This document shows, piece after piece, positions 26,001 to 35,950 of a stretch of 64,000 bases of DNA. The notes under the pieces were generated by a model that was not told the DNA's origin, searched no databases, and saw only the letters and a list, made by a program, of their open reading frames with translations. This DNA is from Puccinia triticina (lineage: Eukaryota): the NCBI GenBank assembly GCA_026914245.1, contig CP110439.1:4216001-4280000 (forward strand), written 5' to 3'. The stretch's first letter is position 1. Every line of letters starts with the position of its first letter. The position numbers were made by a program, and so were the translations under genes.

Positions 26001-26392
26001 AGCGGAGGGTTTAGTCCTTGCGGCATAGGAGAATTTACCGGCTTGATCTTCTTGGATACCGGCTTGTATTTTGCTGCAAAAGCAAGACAACCGCCTTTGC
26101 TCCATGCGTTGACCAGAGCTTTCTGAGTACCAATCTTGAGCCCAGCTTCCAGCATTGTCCACGTCCTATGTTCGGCGGAATCCTCGAAAGCCGCCTTTTC
26201 TGCAAAGGTGAAAGAAGCGGGCAACGCTTTGCTCACAATTGTGGCACGAGGTAGGGTTTTCGACAAAGACGCGGCATCTTGCCCGGAGGTGCACAACTGG
26301 GAGGAACTTACTTTTAATCCTCCCAACCCCTCCGTCACACCAAAATACACAAATCCTCCCTCCACCGCCATCCAATATTCCGCTAGTTTCAC
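23045..26392 (-). CDS. Pol of element B (RT, RNase H, integrase), at least 1115 aa
   Basis: RT YSSPVFCV, RLPQGATNS, IFIDDG; RNase H LAVDSS, KLELCG, PDGLSRR; integrase LHEDLGH...CEACQK, DDFSGW, TDGGSEF, GMVERGH, WNGPY; no chromodomain. Confidence 0.95.
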   Translation of the reverse strand: MKLAEYWMAVEGGFVYFGVTEGLGGLKVSSSQLCTSGQDAASLSKTLPRATIVSKALPASFTFAEKAAFEDSAEHRTWTMLEAGLKIGTQKALVNAWSKGGCLAFAAKYKPVSKKIKPVNSPMPQGLNPPLRRPLLSRDPYRSLPRSFAGPFVPKGRVTEERLKVVNFGPPSWLRPDELNLIKNVLSERNLAIAFTEEEQGLLKDSYGMPYIIPVVDHEPWQKKRIPIPTAKLDKFIRLIRERVRTGLYEQSTLTYSSPVFCVLKSNGKLRVVHDLQPLKKVTVKDAGVPPATEEFVESFAGQACYGLGDIMGGYDERALDPISRPLTTFDTPLGRFQLTRLPQGATNSVAVYQAQMTWILQEEIPEYAGIFIDDGGIKGPASDYDNKTVPWHSGIRHFIWEYATTLERILFRIKESGLTVAASKLAACVPALEIVGHVVCKEGRKISESKVNKILSWPTPVNPTEVRGFLGFVVYVRIFIPALSEICLPLQRLTRKDFEWIWTAECTAAFQKLKTIVGQDIVLVKIDYGPEAGRIKLAVDSSFHAAGAVLTQEDQMGLDRPALYKSLLFSDVESRYSQPKLELCGVARILKKMQTILWGQHFELQVDAHSLIEMINAPSLPNAPMTGWVAFIHLFSFDIVHRPGKSFTMPDGLSRRPRGDDESDPPSDFDEEAPHIIARHSYAVAAEEAYSGYQEGYWRCMELFLATLLKPEGMGAKDFRALKRRSSDFFLQAGRLMKRGSPLPRIVVTVPAKQQEILTKLHEDLGHRGSTETYRRVAERFWWPSLKEAVVRWRRSCEACQKKDLRRPQELRYPTGESTVFGRVSMDAVNLKAGGAKYLIVARDDFSGWVEAKILNNLTSKAVAAFLQEHWTMRYGLAQAYSTDGGSEFGGALAAMLRALPGQHRVSTPYYPEGQGMVERGHGPLKAALVKLAGESGKNCRKFLPLVLFADRISTKRTTGYSPYELVFGQRAVLPLDLELESYLGVDWDSVQDTADLLAARSLQLERSEETRGVAYKRMVDARGESVRYWEEKKASRIQEPLKPGDQVLWNNRSLKIQWGQLFAHRWNGPYRVVKQVHGGSYVLAELDGTELKRRFAADQGKRFFSREDIADHK

Positions 26393-27062
26393 CTCATCGC
26401 GGAGGATCTTTAGTTTTACCTCGTTGCGGAGGCTCTGGAGTTTAGGCTCATCGCGGAGCTGAACTAGATTAATCTCATTGCGGAGGACGTCATAGGCGTA
26501 TCTAGTTTATCCTCATTACGGAGACGAGCAGGAATCAAAAATGACGCTAGTTTTCCCTCATTGCGGAGGCGCAACTGATAGGCTGAACGGTCCTCTGGAG
26601 GGAAAAGACGAGACAATTCAACGGTAGGGCTCACATATGTGGCATGTAATGTTTTCGACGGTGCAGTAGAGCCCTTGGGGGTGCATAATTGGGAGGAACT
26701 TACTTTTATTTCTCCCAACCTTCGCGCCAAACCTTTTCCCTCCTTTCTGCCCGCTATTCCCGAATCATCCATTGCAAAGGAGGCCCTTGGGCCCTGAACC
26801 GCATCCAAATCTTGAGATAACGTGAGAGATAAGTGAGGAGACTGAGAGGAAACCGTCGAAGAAACTGAGGGGCCAAAAGAAATGATGTTTTTTATGCTTT
26901 GAGGATTTTCTGATTGTTTTTTGACGTTTTCTGACTGTTTTTTCTGATGAGACTGAGAAGATAAAGAGAAATAGCGCCCTTGAGTTCCTGAATGTGCAGT
27001 TGATTCAGCGGACAGAGTTCGGAACTCTAGATTAGATCTGCCGCCTCCCGAATCAACTGCGC

Positions 27063-29180
27063 CTACAAAAAATGACGGCCCTCCAAAGGGTCGTCGCGAG
27101 CCTTCCCTTTGTGAGAAAGAACCGCTTTACGTCCATGTCCCGGAAACTCGCGCTCCCAGCGCCCAGAATCAACTGAGCATAAAGAGACCTCAATCTTGCG
27201 GCCAGTCGAATCCGGTAGAAGGATCCTCTCGCCGACTTGATTGTCAAAATTGAGAGAAGCATTGAAGTCCATAAGAAAAGGCCGACCAAAAATGAGCGGC
27301 CCGTCCATGCGCGTGATCCAGAAGTGACACGAGCCGACGATTGTCTTCCCCACTCGGATTGGAACATCCTCCGCAACCCCTACGAGTTCACACGCCTGGT
27401 TTCCAATCCCGTAAACTGCGGAGCTAAAATTCACGCGCGGGCTGATATTAAACTTATTAGCCATGGAATCAGAGATTAGGTTCAACTGAGAACCAGAGTC
27501 GATTAGCGGAAGGGCGTTACTCTCCTTGTCGCCAACCAAGCATGGCATGTAACCCAATGGGCAAGAGTAAAGCCTCATTCCATCAATCCGCCCTTCTCCT
27601 TCCGAATCTTCCGCCAAGGTCCCGGAAGCCACCTTCATCTCCTCTGCACCAACCTCGACGCGCCGCCGGGAAACCCACTTCTTCATTCCTTCCGCAACCG
27701 AAGGGGCCACTGCCAAAAGCTCCGAAACCGTGACGTTCGGCACCGAGACGTCAAACATCTTTTTAAGTATCACGTCCGCCGCGTTGGGGTGGTCCTTGGA
27801 GATGCCACGCTCGAAGCGCACCTTGGGGGACGATGGGGTCGCCTTAGGCGTCACCGGCGCGGCTGGGGTGTCTTGCAGGGAAGGAGCCGTAGGAACCCGC
27901 TCAAACAAATCGGGTTCAGCGTCCATCTCGTCCGTGTCCGACCCCGCCTTCGGGGCTGGAGCCTTGTGCATCGGTCGCCGCGCCACGGAGGGGGGAACAA
28001 CAGGGGCTTTGAAGGGCTTAGAGGCCTCGTGCTTCTTCTTTGCGGGATCCGACTGATACGTTCCCGAGAACGACTGAGAGGAAATTGAGGGTGGTTGCCA
28101 GGGGTCTAAGGAACCGCACGCCGCTCGAAACTCTTGCTCCGGAACACTAGCTGACGCCGCCTTAGGGTTATAAGAGGAAACTACATGCCGAATAGGCCTC
28201 GAGTTGTCGACCGGGATGAGCGCACCATTTGGAAGGAAAAAGCTTCCTCCGCGTTGCTCGACCAACTTAGCTTCCTTGTCCTTCTGCAAATCCGTGCATC
28301 GACCGAGCCCATGACCCTCCCTATGGCAGTGATAGCACACCATAGGCCCTCAAGGAGTCGACGGTCGCACCTGTGCCGCAAATTTCTGCTCCAAGCGTTG
28401 CTCAAATGACTGAAGCATGCGTTCGATGTTGTCCATAGTAGCTGGAGATCTAGCTTGCGAAGGCGCCTCCTTCGGACGACGGTCGGACTCAATCTTCTGC
28501 ATGACCTCGTTAGACTGCTTGAAAAGCCCTGCGGGAACCGGAACTTCAGCGCGAGAATCTTCGAATGTGAGAGCCGTCTGGTTCCTCATAACTTCCTCCA
28601 CAGCCTTCTTCATAATCTCAAACGTAGGTAGTTTGAACCGGTTATCTTGAGTAGTTATCATGGTCTTGTCCTTAATAAGTTGATCCCGAATGCGCTCCTG
28701 TAGACCTAGCGAGAATGACTGATAATAGAGTCTCTTAATTTCCTCCACAGAATCGATGTGGTCCTTGCGCAAAAGATACAACTGGATAGGTTGCCAAGAC
28801 TTGCGGAAGTCCTGAAAGTCCACTACTGACTGCACTCCTCCTTTATCCTTCCACGTCTGAACCAGCTCCTCCAGATGCCGAGTGGTAAAGCGAGCTGTAT
28901 CTATTTTTCCCCAGTGGGAGAGCATTGCCGCTCTCAAGAGAGTCCAATTCGGGGGTTCAAAACCATCCAAAGTCTCGACCACGTCCTTAACTTCAGCCGT
29001 GCGAATGAAAAACCGCACCTGCTGAGCCATGTCGGCCTCGGAAGCGCCATCAAGTCTCGCAGCCAACTGGTAATCGGCCAGGAATCTCTCCACATTAGAG
29101 CCATCGAAGCCTAGGGACTTATCTTGAGGCTTAATCTTAACCATCCGAACACCAGATGCACCTGCCACCGGTTCTGCCAT
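27063..29180 (-). pseudogene. Gag-protease ORF of element B with one in-frame TGA at 28350-28352
   Basis: ORFs 29180-28350 and 28343-27063 are in the same frame; FDGSNVERFL capsid start, CCHC knuckle CYHCHREGHGLGRC, aspartic protease LIDSGSQLNLI...IFGRPF. Confidence 0.9.
27066..27072 (-). promoter_or_regulatory. Candidate -1 ribosomal frameshift site U_UUU_UUG with downstream stem-loop
   Basis: Heptamer immediately before the gag-PR stop; 11-bp stem gcagttgattc/gaatcaactgc starts 5 nt downstream; the -1 frame is open to 26464. Confidence 0.7.
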
Positions 29181-29413
29181 CGCGCTAGCCGCCTTGATTG
29201 ATAATCTGAAAAAGGAAGCAAGGCGAAATCGGGAGGCTCACAAAGTGGCAATGTAATTCTTGACAAACTTGTAGCGGAAAAACCCTCGGAGGTGCACAAC
29301 TGGGAGGAATTACTTCTAGTCTCCTGTGCCTCCGCCGCTGAACCCTAAAATAAAGAAACAAAACTAAAAAAAATGAAACAAGACCGCCAAGCGTCTCGAA
29401 TCTGTCGAATCCA

Positions 29414-29464
29414 GCGAGACTGTAAATCTTGAGGTCTCTGGTTTGATCCCGGCTCGGGGGACCA
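29414..29464 (-). promoter_or_regulatory. Extended primer-binding site complementary to the 3' 51 nt of mature tRNA-Tyr(GUA)
   Basis: The plus strand reads g-cgaga-ctGTAaa-tcttg-aggtc-tctgg-tttgatc-ccggc-tcggggg-a-CCA, i.e. tRNA positions 26-76, with no intron and with CCA. Confidence 0.88.
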
Positions 29465-32295
29465 AATGAGGAACTCTGGCCAGTGCTAGGCCGGCAGCAG
29501 TTCGGGGAGGGGAATGGAAAAGAAATGAATAACTTGCGTATGCCCTCCGGTGATTCTTGGCCGTGAGTGAGCACAGTGTTTTGTGTAGCGTTGGGGGGGG
29601 GTTTTGATTTTACAACGGCTGGAGATGCGCGTAGGCGGTTTTGTTGATAAGGGAGAAACCGGGAATACTGCCGGCGGAATTGTGATCTAAGCCAGAGAGG
29701 TGGAGGAGATCGGCGTTTTGTGGGACAAAGAACTTTAAAGACGTGTGATACTCAGAATACGGGCTGAAAGGCCCAGGAACAATAGACTTTGAACTTTGAT
29801 GGATTGACTGAAATTATACGGTTCAGAGTGGGTCCATGCCGCTCCAAAGCCGGAGTTCAAACTCAACTCAAACTCTGGAGCTTGTGACATCTAACAGACA
29901 GCTCATCACAACCTAGCGCGCACACGCGCGCTACAAACAAGACAAGACAAGAGACAGAACAAAACAAAACCAAGACCAACCCTCCTCATCCAAACTTATC
30001 CAAAGAGCGCAGTGTGAAAGATAGAAAGCAAACAACATGAAGAAAAGAAAACTGACCAAGGAGAACAGAAACAAAGGAAAAGAAAGGAGGAGGGAAAGGA
30101 AACCTGAAACGCCTTGAGGATGCGCGCCACGCCGCGCTATTGAAACTTGAGAAAGCTTTGAAGTTTGAGAGCTTGAGGCCTTGATGTGTTGACTCCTGAC
30201 GTCCTCCGGCGCGCGCCATGCGCGGCAAAAAGCCTGATCCTACGCATGTACCAGATTGTCCACCACACCGTTCAGGATCATCCATTTTCGAGGACTGACG
30301 CCGTCCCCCATAGTCATCTTTGATAGGTGGGGGGTATGTGAGCCGCGGCTCCCGCAAACTCACAGGAAGTATCACAAGGGATATCACGAGCCACCATCGC
30401 GAGCTGCACTTAGTCCTTCCAGTCCCGCCTCTCCTAGCTCGGCAGGGAAGTACTGAGACTTCCCCCGAGCTAGGTGAGCACCTCCCCTTTTCCTCTCTTT
30501 CTTCCTTTCCCTTTTTCTCTTCTCAACGGTTGTATGTAGAGGGAAGTACTGAGACTTCCCCCGAGCTAGCTCCCTTGCCCCATCTGCAATACAATCTGAG
30601 GTTCTAGAACTGCTCGCGCCCTCGTCCTTGTCCTCGTCCCCTTGCCTCTCGTCCTTGCCCCTCGTCCCAGTGAAGTTCTCCGTGTTGAGAGCTTACAGAT
30701 TTTGAGCTCACAGCTCAAAAATCTGTCCAAGCATTCCCGGGATCACAATATGTGCTCCTTTCAATGACCGGAGCAACCCGGTCATCGAGAGGAGTACATA
30801 TTCTCCTTGATGACCGGTAATCTGCACTGCACCTGGCCGGTCATTGGGTGATCCAGTGTGTAGACGCCGCTCAATGACCGGGCTGTGCCGGCCATTGGTA
30901 CGGCAGCCGGAGCTTCTGCCCCTCAAACTTTGTTTTCAAGGGGCAGGTTGAATGCCCCGGAGGAGCGGGAGCCTGCGCTCAGGTTATTTTTTGTGTTTAT
31001 TTTTCATCCTTTTTTTGTGTCCAGCTGAGGGCCAGCTGAGGGCTCCAAATCCTCCAAGAATTTGATGGAGGGGCAAGCTGGAAAATCCCCTCTGCCGGTT
31101 GGCAGAAAAAAAAGTGAGAATTTCATAGTTTTGTGTTTGCAGTGCGCAAAGCGTTTTGAGCTAGCGCGCACTGTGGCCGCGACGTTGATTTGCCAACCCT
31201 CACAGTGCGTGACAAGTTTTTTGCAGTGCGCGAAGTACAGCCGTATTGTAGATGCAATGTGCTATCATGTAGTGAAATTTCCTCATTTTGCATACCCTTC
31301 TTTTTGCACAAAGTGGCTCAAAATTATCAAAGTAGCTGTTCTTACACATCTCATTACTCAATAAATGATTTGGAATTTTTGGGCTATGGGAACCTTGTTT
31401 TTTAGGCCCCCACATCCTACCTTTGTTCTGGTTTTTATGATTTTTTTTAACATGGAAGAATGCTTCAAAAGACTCCCAAGAAATTCAGAGAGACCAATTA
31501 AAAGCCTGTCTATTGATTGGTCAGAAAATATCTTGAAAAAAGTGCATATTTCACCTGCAGTGCGCAAAGTGTTTGGGACTGCGCGCACTGCATTGCGCGA
31601 AGAGTTTTTTGCAGTGCGCAAAGTAAGTCCGTAAATTATTTGAAATCTTTGGCCCATGGGAAGTTTGATTTTCAGGCCTTCAAATGCTACATCTGTTTTT
31701 TGCTTTTAATAATTTTTTTAGCACACAAGGAAATCTGGAAAAACTCCCAAAAAATTCACAGAGGACAATAAGAAGCCTTTCTATTGATTGGTTGAGAAAA
31801 AACTTGAAAAAATTTGATATTTCTCCCACAGTGCACAAAGTGTTTGAGGACTTTGCGCACTGTGCAGTGCGCAAAGAGTTTTTTGCAGTGCGTGAAATAA
31901 GTCCGTAAAAAATACAACATAAAACCAAAACAGCAAGTGTTAGCAGTTCTTTGTTTTTTGGTGAAGCAAATTGAGTGGATTTGAACAACAAAGCAGCTAC
32001 AGGGTGAGAAAGGCAAAATAGAGGGTTTTCAGCCCAAATCAAAAATCTCATCATGTGGGAATTTGCCATAAGACATAGGCCTCCACTGATGTGGTCAGCT
32101 CTGCTCAGTGCTGCTGTCTCCCATTTCCCCCCTGTGCAGGCCTAATTGAGCTTGAGGTTGTGGCAACACCGCAACTGCTGTGTTTCACTGACAAAAGAGC
32201 CAAAATAACAAAGCGCAGCTGCCATCCGCTTTTCCTGGCGCTAAAAAGTGATAGCGTCAGCGGCCAGGCGCCACCTTCAGCTTCAGCGGCCAGGC

Positions 32296-32890
32296 TGTGA
32301 GCCTGAGTCTATTATGTGACAACAGGACAAAAGGAAAAGGAGGGTAATTGTCTGGATTTCTTGGGATAAAGAAATACAAACAATGAGAGAGAAAGAAAGA
32401 GAGAAATAGAGAAGATCAGGCCTAGACTTTAGAGTCTTTAATTATTGATCTGGGCTATTCTCAACCTGGAAAAGTTGGATGCCAGCTGTGTGTGAGCTCA
32501 CGCTCCGCGACCTCACCAAAGGAATCACAAGGGTGTCACCAAACCACCTCAGACCAAGCTCTTAGACCTTGTTGGCCCGTGCCCTCCTAATCCAGCAGGG
32601 AAGTACTGACACTTCCCCTGGACTAGGTGAGCATTTCCTCTTTTCCTCTTCCTCATCTCTGTTGTAAATAGAGTAGGGAAGTACTGACACTTCTCCTGGA
32701 CTAGATTGCAATGCATCCCTAGTTAGGTTCCAGAAGTGTTCCCTCCAAGGTTAGACCTTGTATCATGCCCCCTCCGTGACTCACAGATGCCCTGATCAGT
32801 GAAGCTTGGTTAAAAGCTTACACTGTGCCAGGCCAAAAAGAGTGCAACAGCATCCACTCACAACAAGGAAAAATTGGTGGGATTCAGAAG
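32296..32890 (-). mobile_element. Partial LTR related to 4384-5320, interrupted by a solo LTR
   Basis: tgtgagcctgagtct...gtgacaacagga...ggatttcttgggataaagaaa matches the reverse complement of about 5240-5320. Confidence 0.7.
32491..32822 (+). mobile_element. Solo LTR (332 bp), relative of the element A LTR
   Basis: TGTGAG...CTTACA termini; 5-bp TSD CTGTG; shares the doubled gggaagtactga-acttc hairpin. Confidence 0.92.
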
Positions 32891-32989
32891 TAGGGTTGAT
32901 TGAAGCTATATTCCATCCTAAAGACTACCATTTTTGATGATTTGAAGGTAGGATAATTTTCTTGGACTATGTACTTGATGTGTTCAATG

Positions 32990-35790
32990 TGAAAAAACAC
33001 TTATGTGTCATGTTCTTTTGTCTCAGAAACTCAGCACTAAATTTATGCTCATCCATGATGTTTGGACAACAAAGGGAAATAGATTTGCATTTATCAGTGC
33101 CGCGGTGGCTTACATTGACTCAAACTGGGATTATGTGGTCTGTCATCTAGAGCTCAAAATGATACTCCAGAAGCACTACGGGCTAGTAGATGCCCGTAGT
33201 GCTTCTGGAGTCCTTATATCTAAGAAAGGTGATCTGTACAAAATGTTGTTGGCTCAGACAAATGATTCTGGCTCAAACAACAATACTATGGCCAGTACAA
33301 TGTATCATCTGCTTAAAGATAACAAACCAACTAAGCATTCAGAACACATGTGGGAACCGGCTAGCATGGATATTTGATGCTTCTGCCATAAGCTAACTGT
33401 GATTGTAAACACTGGCTTGGATGCATTGAACCTCAAGACTTTGCCTCCTGGGAAGGCTAAGGAATCAGTCCTTGGTTTCTTTCCTGTGCTTGGAAAATTT
33501 CTTGAGGAAGACAAGACTGAATCTCTTGACGTAGCTCCCAAACTAGCCCCTGCTCCAAAGATAAACCCAGTTGAACTTGAACAAGAAGATGAGGATGAAG
33601 AGTGGGAAAGTCACTATGGTAACGCCGACAACATTCTGGATGACAAGCCTGCTGCTGCTGCAAATAAAAAGTATGTCAATCCCTCCGGCTCTGCACAAAC
33701 CAATGTTTACACTGCTACTTGGGGTCAACACGCTGTAAGACTCAAAAAGCGGTTGTGAAACCCTTTTGCTGAATGGTGAAGGGGATGATGGAGGTGCAGA
33801 ACTCTGCCCTTCTGCTATCAGATAACAAGACCCACCAAGCTAAGCTTGGCAAGTTTTAATCAAGTGATAGGTCTGGTCTAGTTCCAGGTGAATTTGTTTG
33901 ATGACAGGTATGTGATAGTTGAGAGTGATTTCAGTAGCTATTTGCAAATATGAGGGTTGTGGTGAGGTATAGATGTGATGGTAAGTGTGAAGGTGGTGTG
34001 TAAATAACTGGTGAGTACTGAGCTGAGGAGCTGACAACTGGGGAGGAGACAGCTCCTTATATAGACAAAAGTGGAGCCCCAGAGGGCTTGTGGGTTAGGG
34101 TTTCAACTAATTTAGACAACAGTGTGAGGGATTTTAGCTGGTGGGAGTAGATACAAATGATGTCATAATATGTCAAGGGTACATAAATGATGTCAGAAAA
34201 ATGCAGTAGGGCTGCATGAAGGCTGCGTAAAGTGACAGTAGACTGCATGAGTTGACAGGTGGATGCAGGGGGTGCATAAATGAAGTCTGAGGCTGCAGAG
34301 TCAGTGTGTGATGACATCATAATATGGCAATAGAAGAGTACTTGATAATATTTAATGACTGTAGTCTGATGGGGCAATGTATGTTTGTATCCTGTGATGT
34401 GTATAAGCATAATTCTGTGATCCTTGACTTGAGGTTTGTGACAGGTTGGTGACTTGGTATGTTGAACGTGTGATGGGTGTCCAGTGTCCAAAGAAGTGTA
34501 GGTTCTAATCCAGCGGGGTTCAGGTGATGCTTCCAGTGGTGACTAGGGGTAAAATTGGCCGTAGAATCCATTTCTGAGTTCTATTTGATTGTATCTTGAG
34601 GTGTATTGTGAGTATATATATGTATGAGAAAAAACATTTGATTTTTCACTTTTCCGTCTACCACAATGCAAATAAATTGAAACTCAAGGTGCTTATCACA
34701 AAACTTGACATTTTGATTAAGCAGATAACTCAATCAGCGGCCCAGCAGGCTAATTTTGTTTGATTTGCCAAAGAAATGAATGTCCAGGTTTGCTGGCTAT
34801 GGCATTGGCTGGAACATAAAGTACTAGAGCCAACCAAAAGCCATCAGCGCGCGGGAATTTATTGACCGCTTGCTTAAGGAAGACCAGGGCCAAAATGGGC
34901 CTGGGCACTTTGAAGATGCTTTCTTCCTGCCTTGCGACTGGAAGTAGATTGACAATCTCAACCGTGAGCTTGAGATGTGTACACAATACCTCCAATTTGA
35001 ATGACATCATTTTTTTGTTTGGGACTCATCCATTTACACTTTTACCTAGGTTTTTGTCAATCTGACATCGCAGATGTAGGGAAATCAGCCCACTGGTGCT
35101 CATGTAATCCCGGAATACCTGGAGCTCAAGAACCAGCTTTCCAAGAAGCTTAGTAGCTCCAAGGAAGATGATGCTTTGTACCCAATGTTTCATACAATAC
35201 TCCAAAAAGTCATCAAATACTTGGATGAAGCATTGGCCTGAGAGACTCTGGTGCTTGCCACAATCTTGCATCCGTGCTTTTGCATGCACTTATTTGAGCT
35301 TGGATTTGGAAGCAAAAGTGTTGAGGTCGCCAACTGTCTCAATCTACTCACTCGACGCTTTCAAATCTACAAGGAGAAGGCCCACAATCAGCGCGCTGTA
35401 CCAGAATCAGAAGTCGTGGAGATCAAAAAGCCACCGCCCGCCGAGCCCCAGTCATTCATAGCGCGCCTGGCCTTGAGGATTTTCAAGACACCTGCGCCGC
35501 ATGAAGACAAAGTTGAAGTGTTCTTGAAGGCCAATATACCCTTCAAGAACAAAGCCATTGAGCTCAAATCAACACCATTAACATGGTGGAAGATGAAAGC
35601 CAATACCCACCTGGCACTCTCCCAGATGGCTTGAGCTTATCTGGGAGCTCTTGCGCTGTTGAACGCCTATTTTCAGCTGCATTTTGTTCTGTTAACCGGG
35701 GGCGCTTACTCCCATCAACCATGTCACGCTGTGTAAGCAGCATGATGTGGCTTTGAGAGGAGGTACCCCTCACTGGAGTGTTTGAGGATG
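32990..35790 (+). pseudogene. Decayed hAT-type transposase split by a solo LTR
   Basis: IHDVWTTKGNRFAF, DSGSNN, CFCHKL, LATILHP, LTWWK, CAVERLFS motifs; stops and frameshifts; reading GQHA-NKLK restored across 33734-34669. Confidence 0.8.
33734..34665 (-). mobile_element. Solo LTR (932 bp), 4-bp TSD
   Basis: TGTAAG...ACCACA termini; flanks ACGC / ATGC (one CpG transition); homologous to 45651-47643; orientation tentative. Confidence 0.8.
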
Positions 35791-35796
35791 CAGGGA

Positions 35797-35950
35797 CATT
35801 GGAGGACTTCCTGCCAATCTGGAAACCCAGATTTGCCCAGATTTTGCAGGGAAATCCAGGCAGATCTAGGATTTGGGAAAATTGAGCCCAGATTTCCCCG
35901 CAAAATCTGGAAAAATCTGGGTTCCCAGATTGACGGGAAGTCCTCCAGTA
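35797..35950. mobile_element. Small TIR element with CACTG-like termini
   Basis: cattggaggacttcctgccaatctgg / ccagattgacgggaagtcctccagta; the same termini recur at about 55894-56050; no clear TSD. Confidence 0.65.

Larger units (their letters stand above)
22059..30267 (-). mobile_element. LTR element B: near-complete non-chromoviral Ty3/Gypsy (Ylt1-like) retrotransposon; LTRs 29467-30267 and 22059-22858
   Basis: About 800-bp direct LTRs TGTGG...CCTCA on the minus strand; PBS 2 nt after the 5' LTR; gag-PR-RT-RH-IN order. Confidence 0.95.
17905..30697 (+). mobile_element. LTR element A: gag-only, non-autonomous; LTRs 17905-18266 and 30337-30697
   Basis: TGTGAG...CTTACA LTRs of about 361 bp; 5-bp TSD GATTT on both outer sides; PPT aggtgggggg before the 3' LTR; no pol once nested elements are removed. 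Confidence 0.9.
16018..31905. mobile_element. Foldback-type non-autonomous DNA element with arms of about 0.9 kb, split by the nested LTR elements
   Basis: 16018-16900 is an inverted copy of about 30745-31630 (ORFs 16688+ and 30708- mirror each other); cggacttacttcgcgcactgc-like termini with TA on both sides; extra 274-bp unit at the right end; about 48-bp internal repeats at 16880-17345. Confidence 0.8.

Noticed and set aside
26944..26975. Hammerhead ribozyme core (CTGATGA...GAAA)
   Set aside because: No stem II pairing between the motifs, and it lies antisense to the element.
29414..29464. Functional tRNA-Tyr gene
   Set aside because: The 5' acceptor strand and D arm are absent, CCA is encoded, there is no intron, and it abuts an LTR; interpreted as a PBS.
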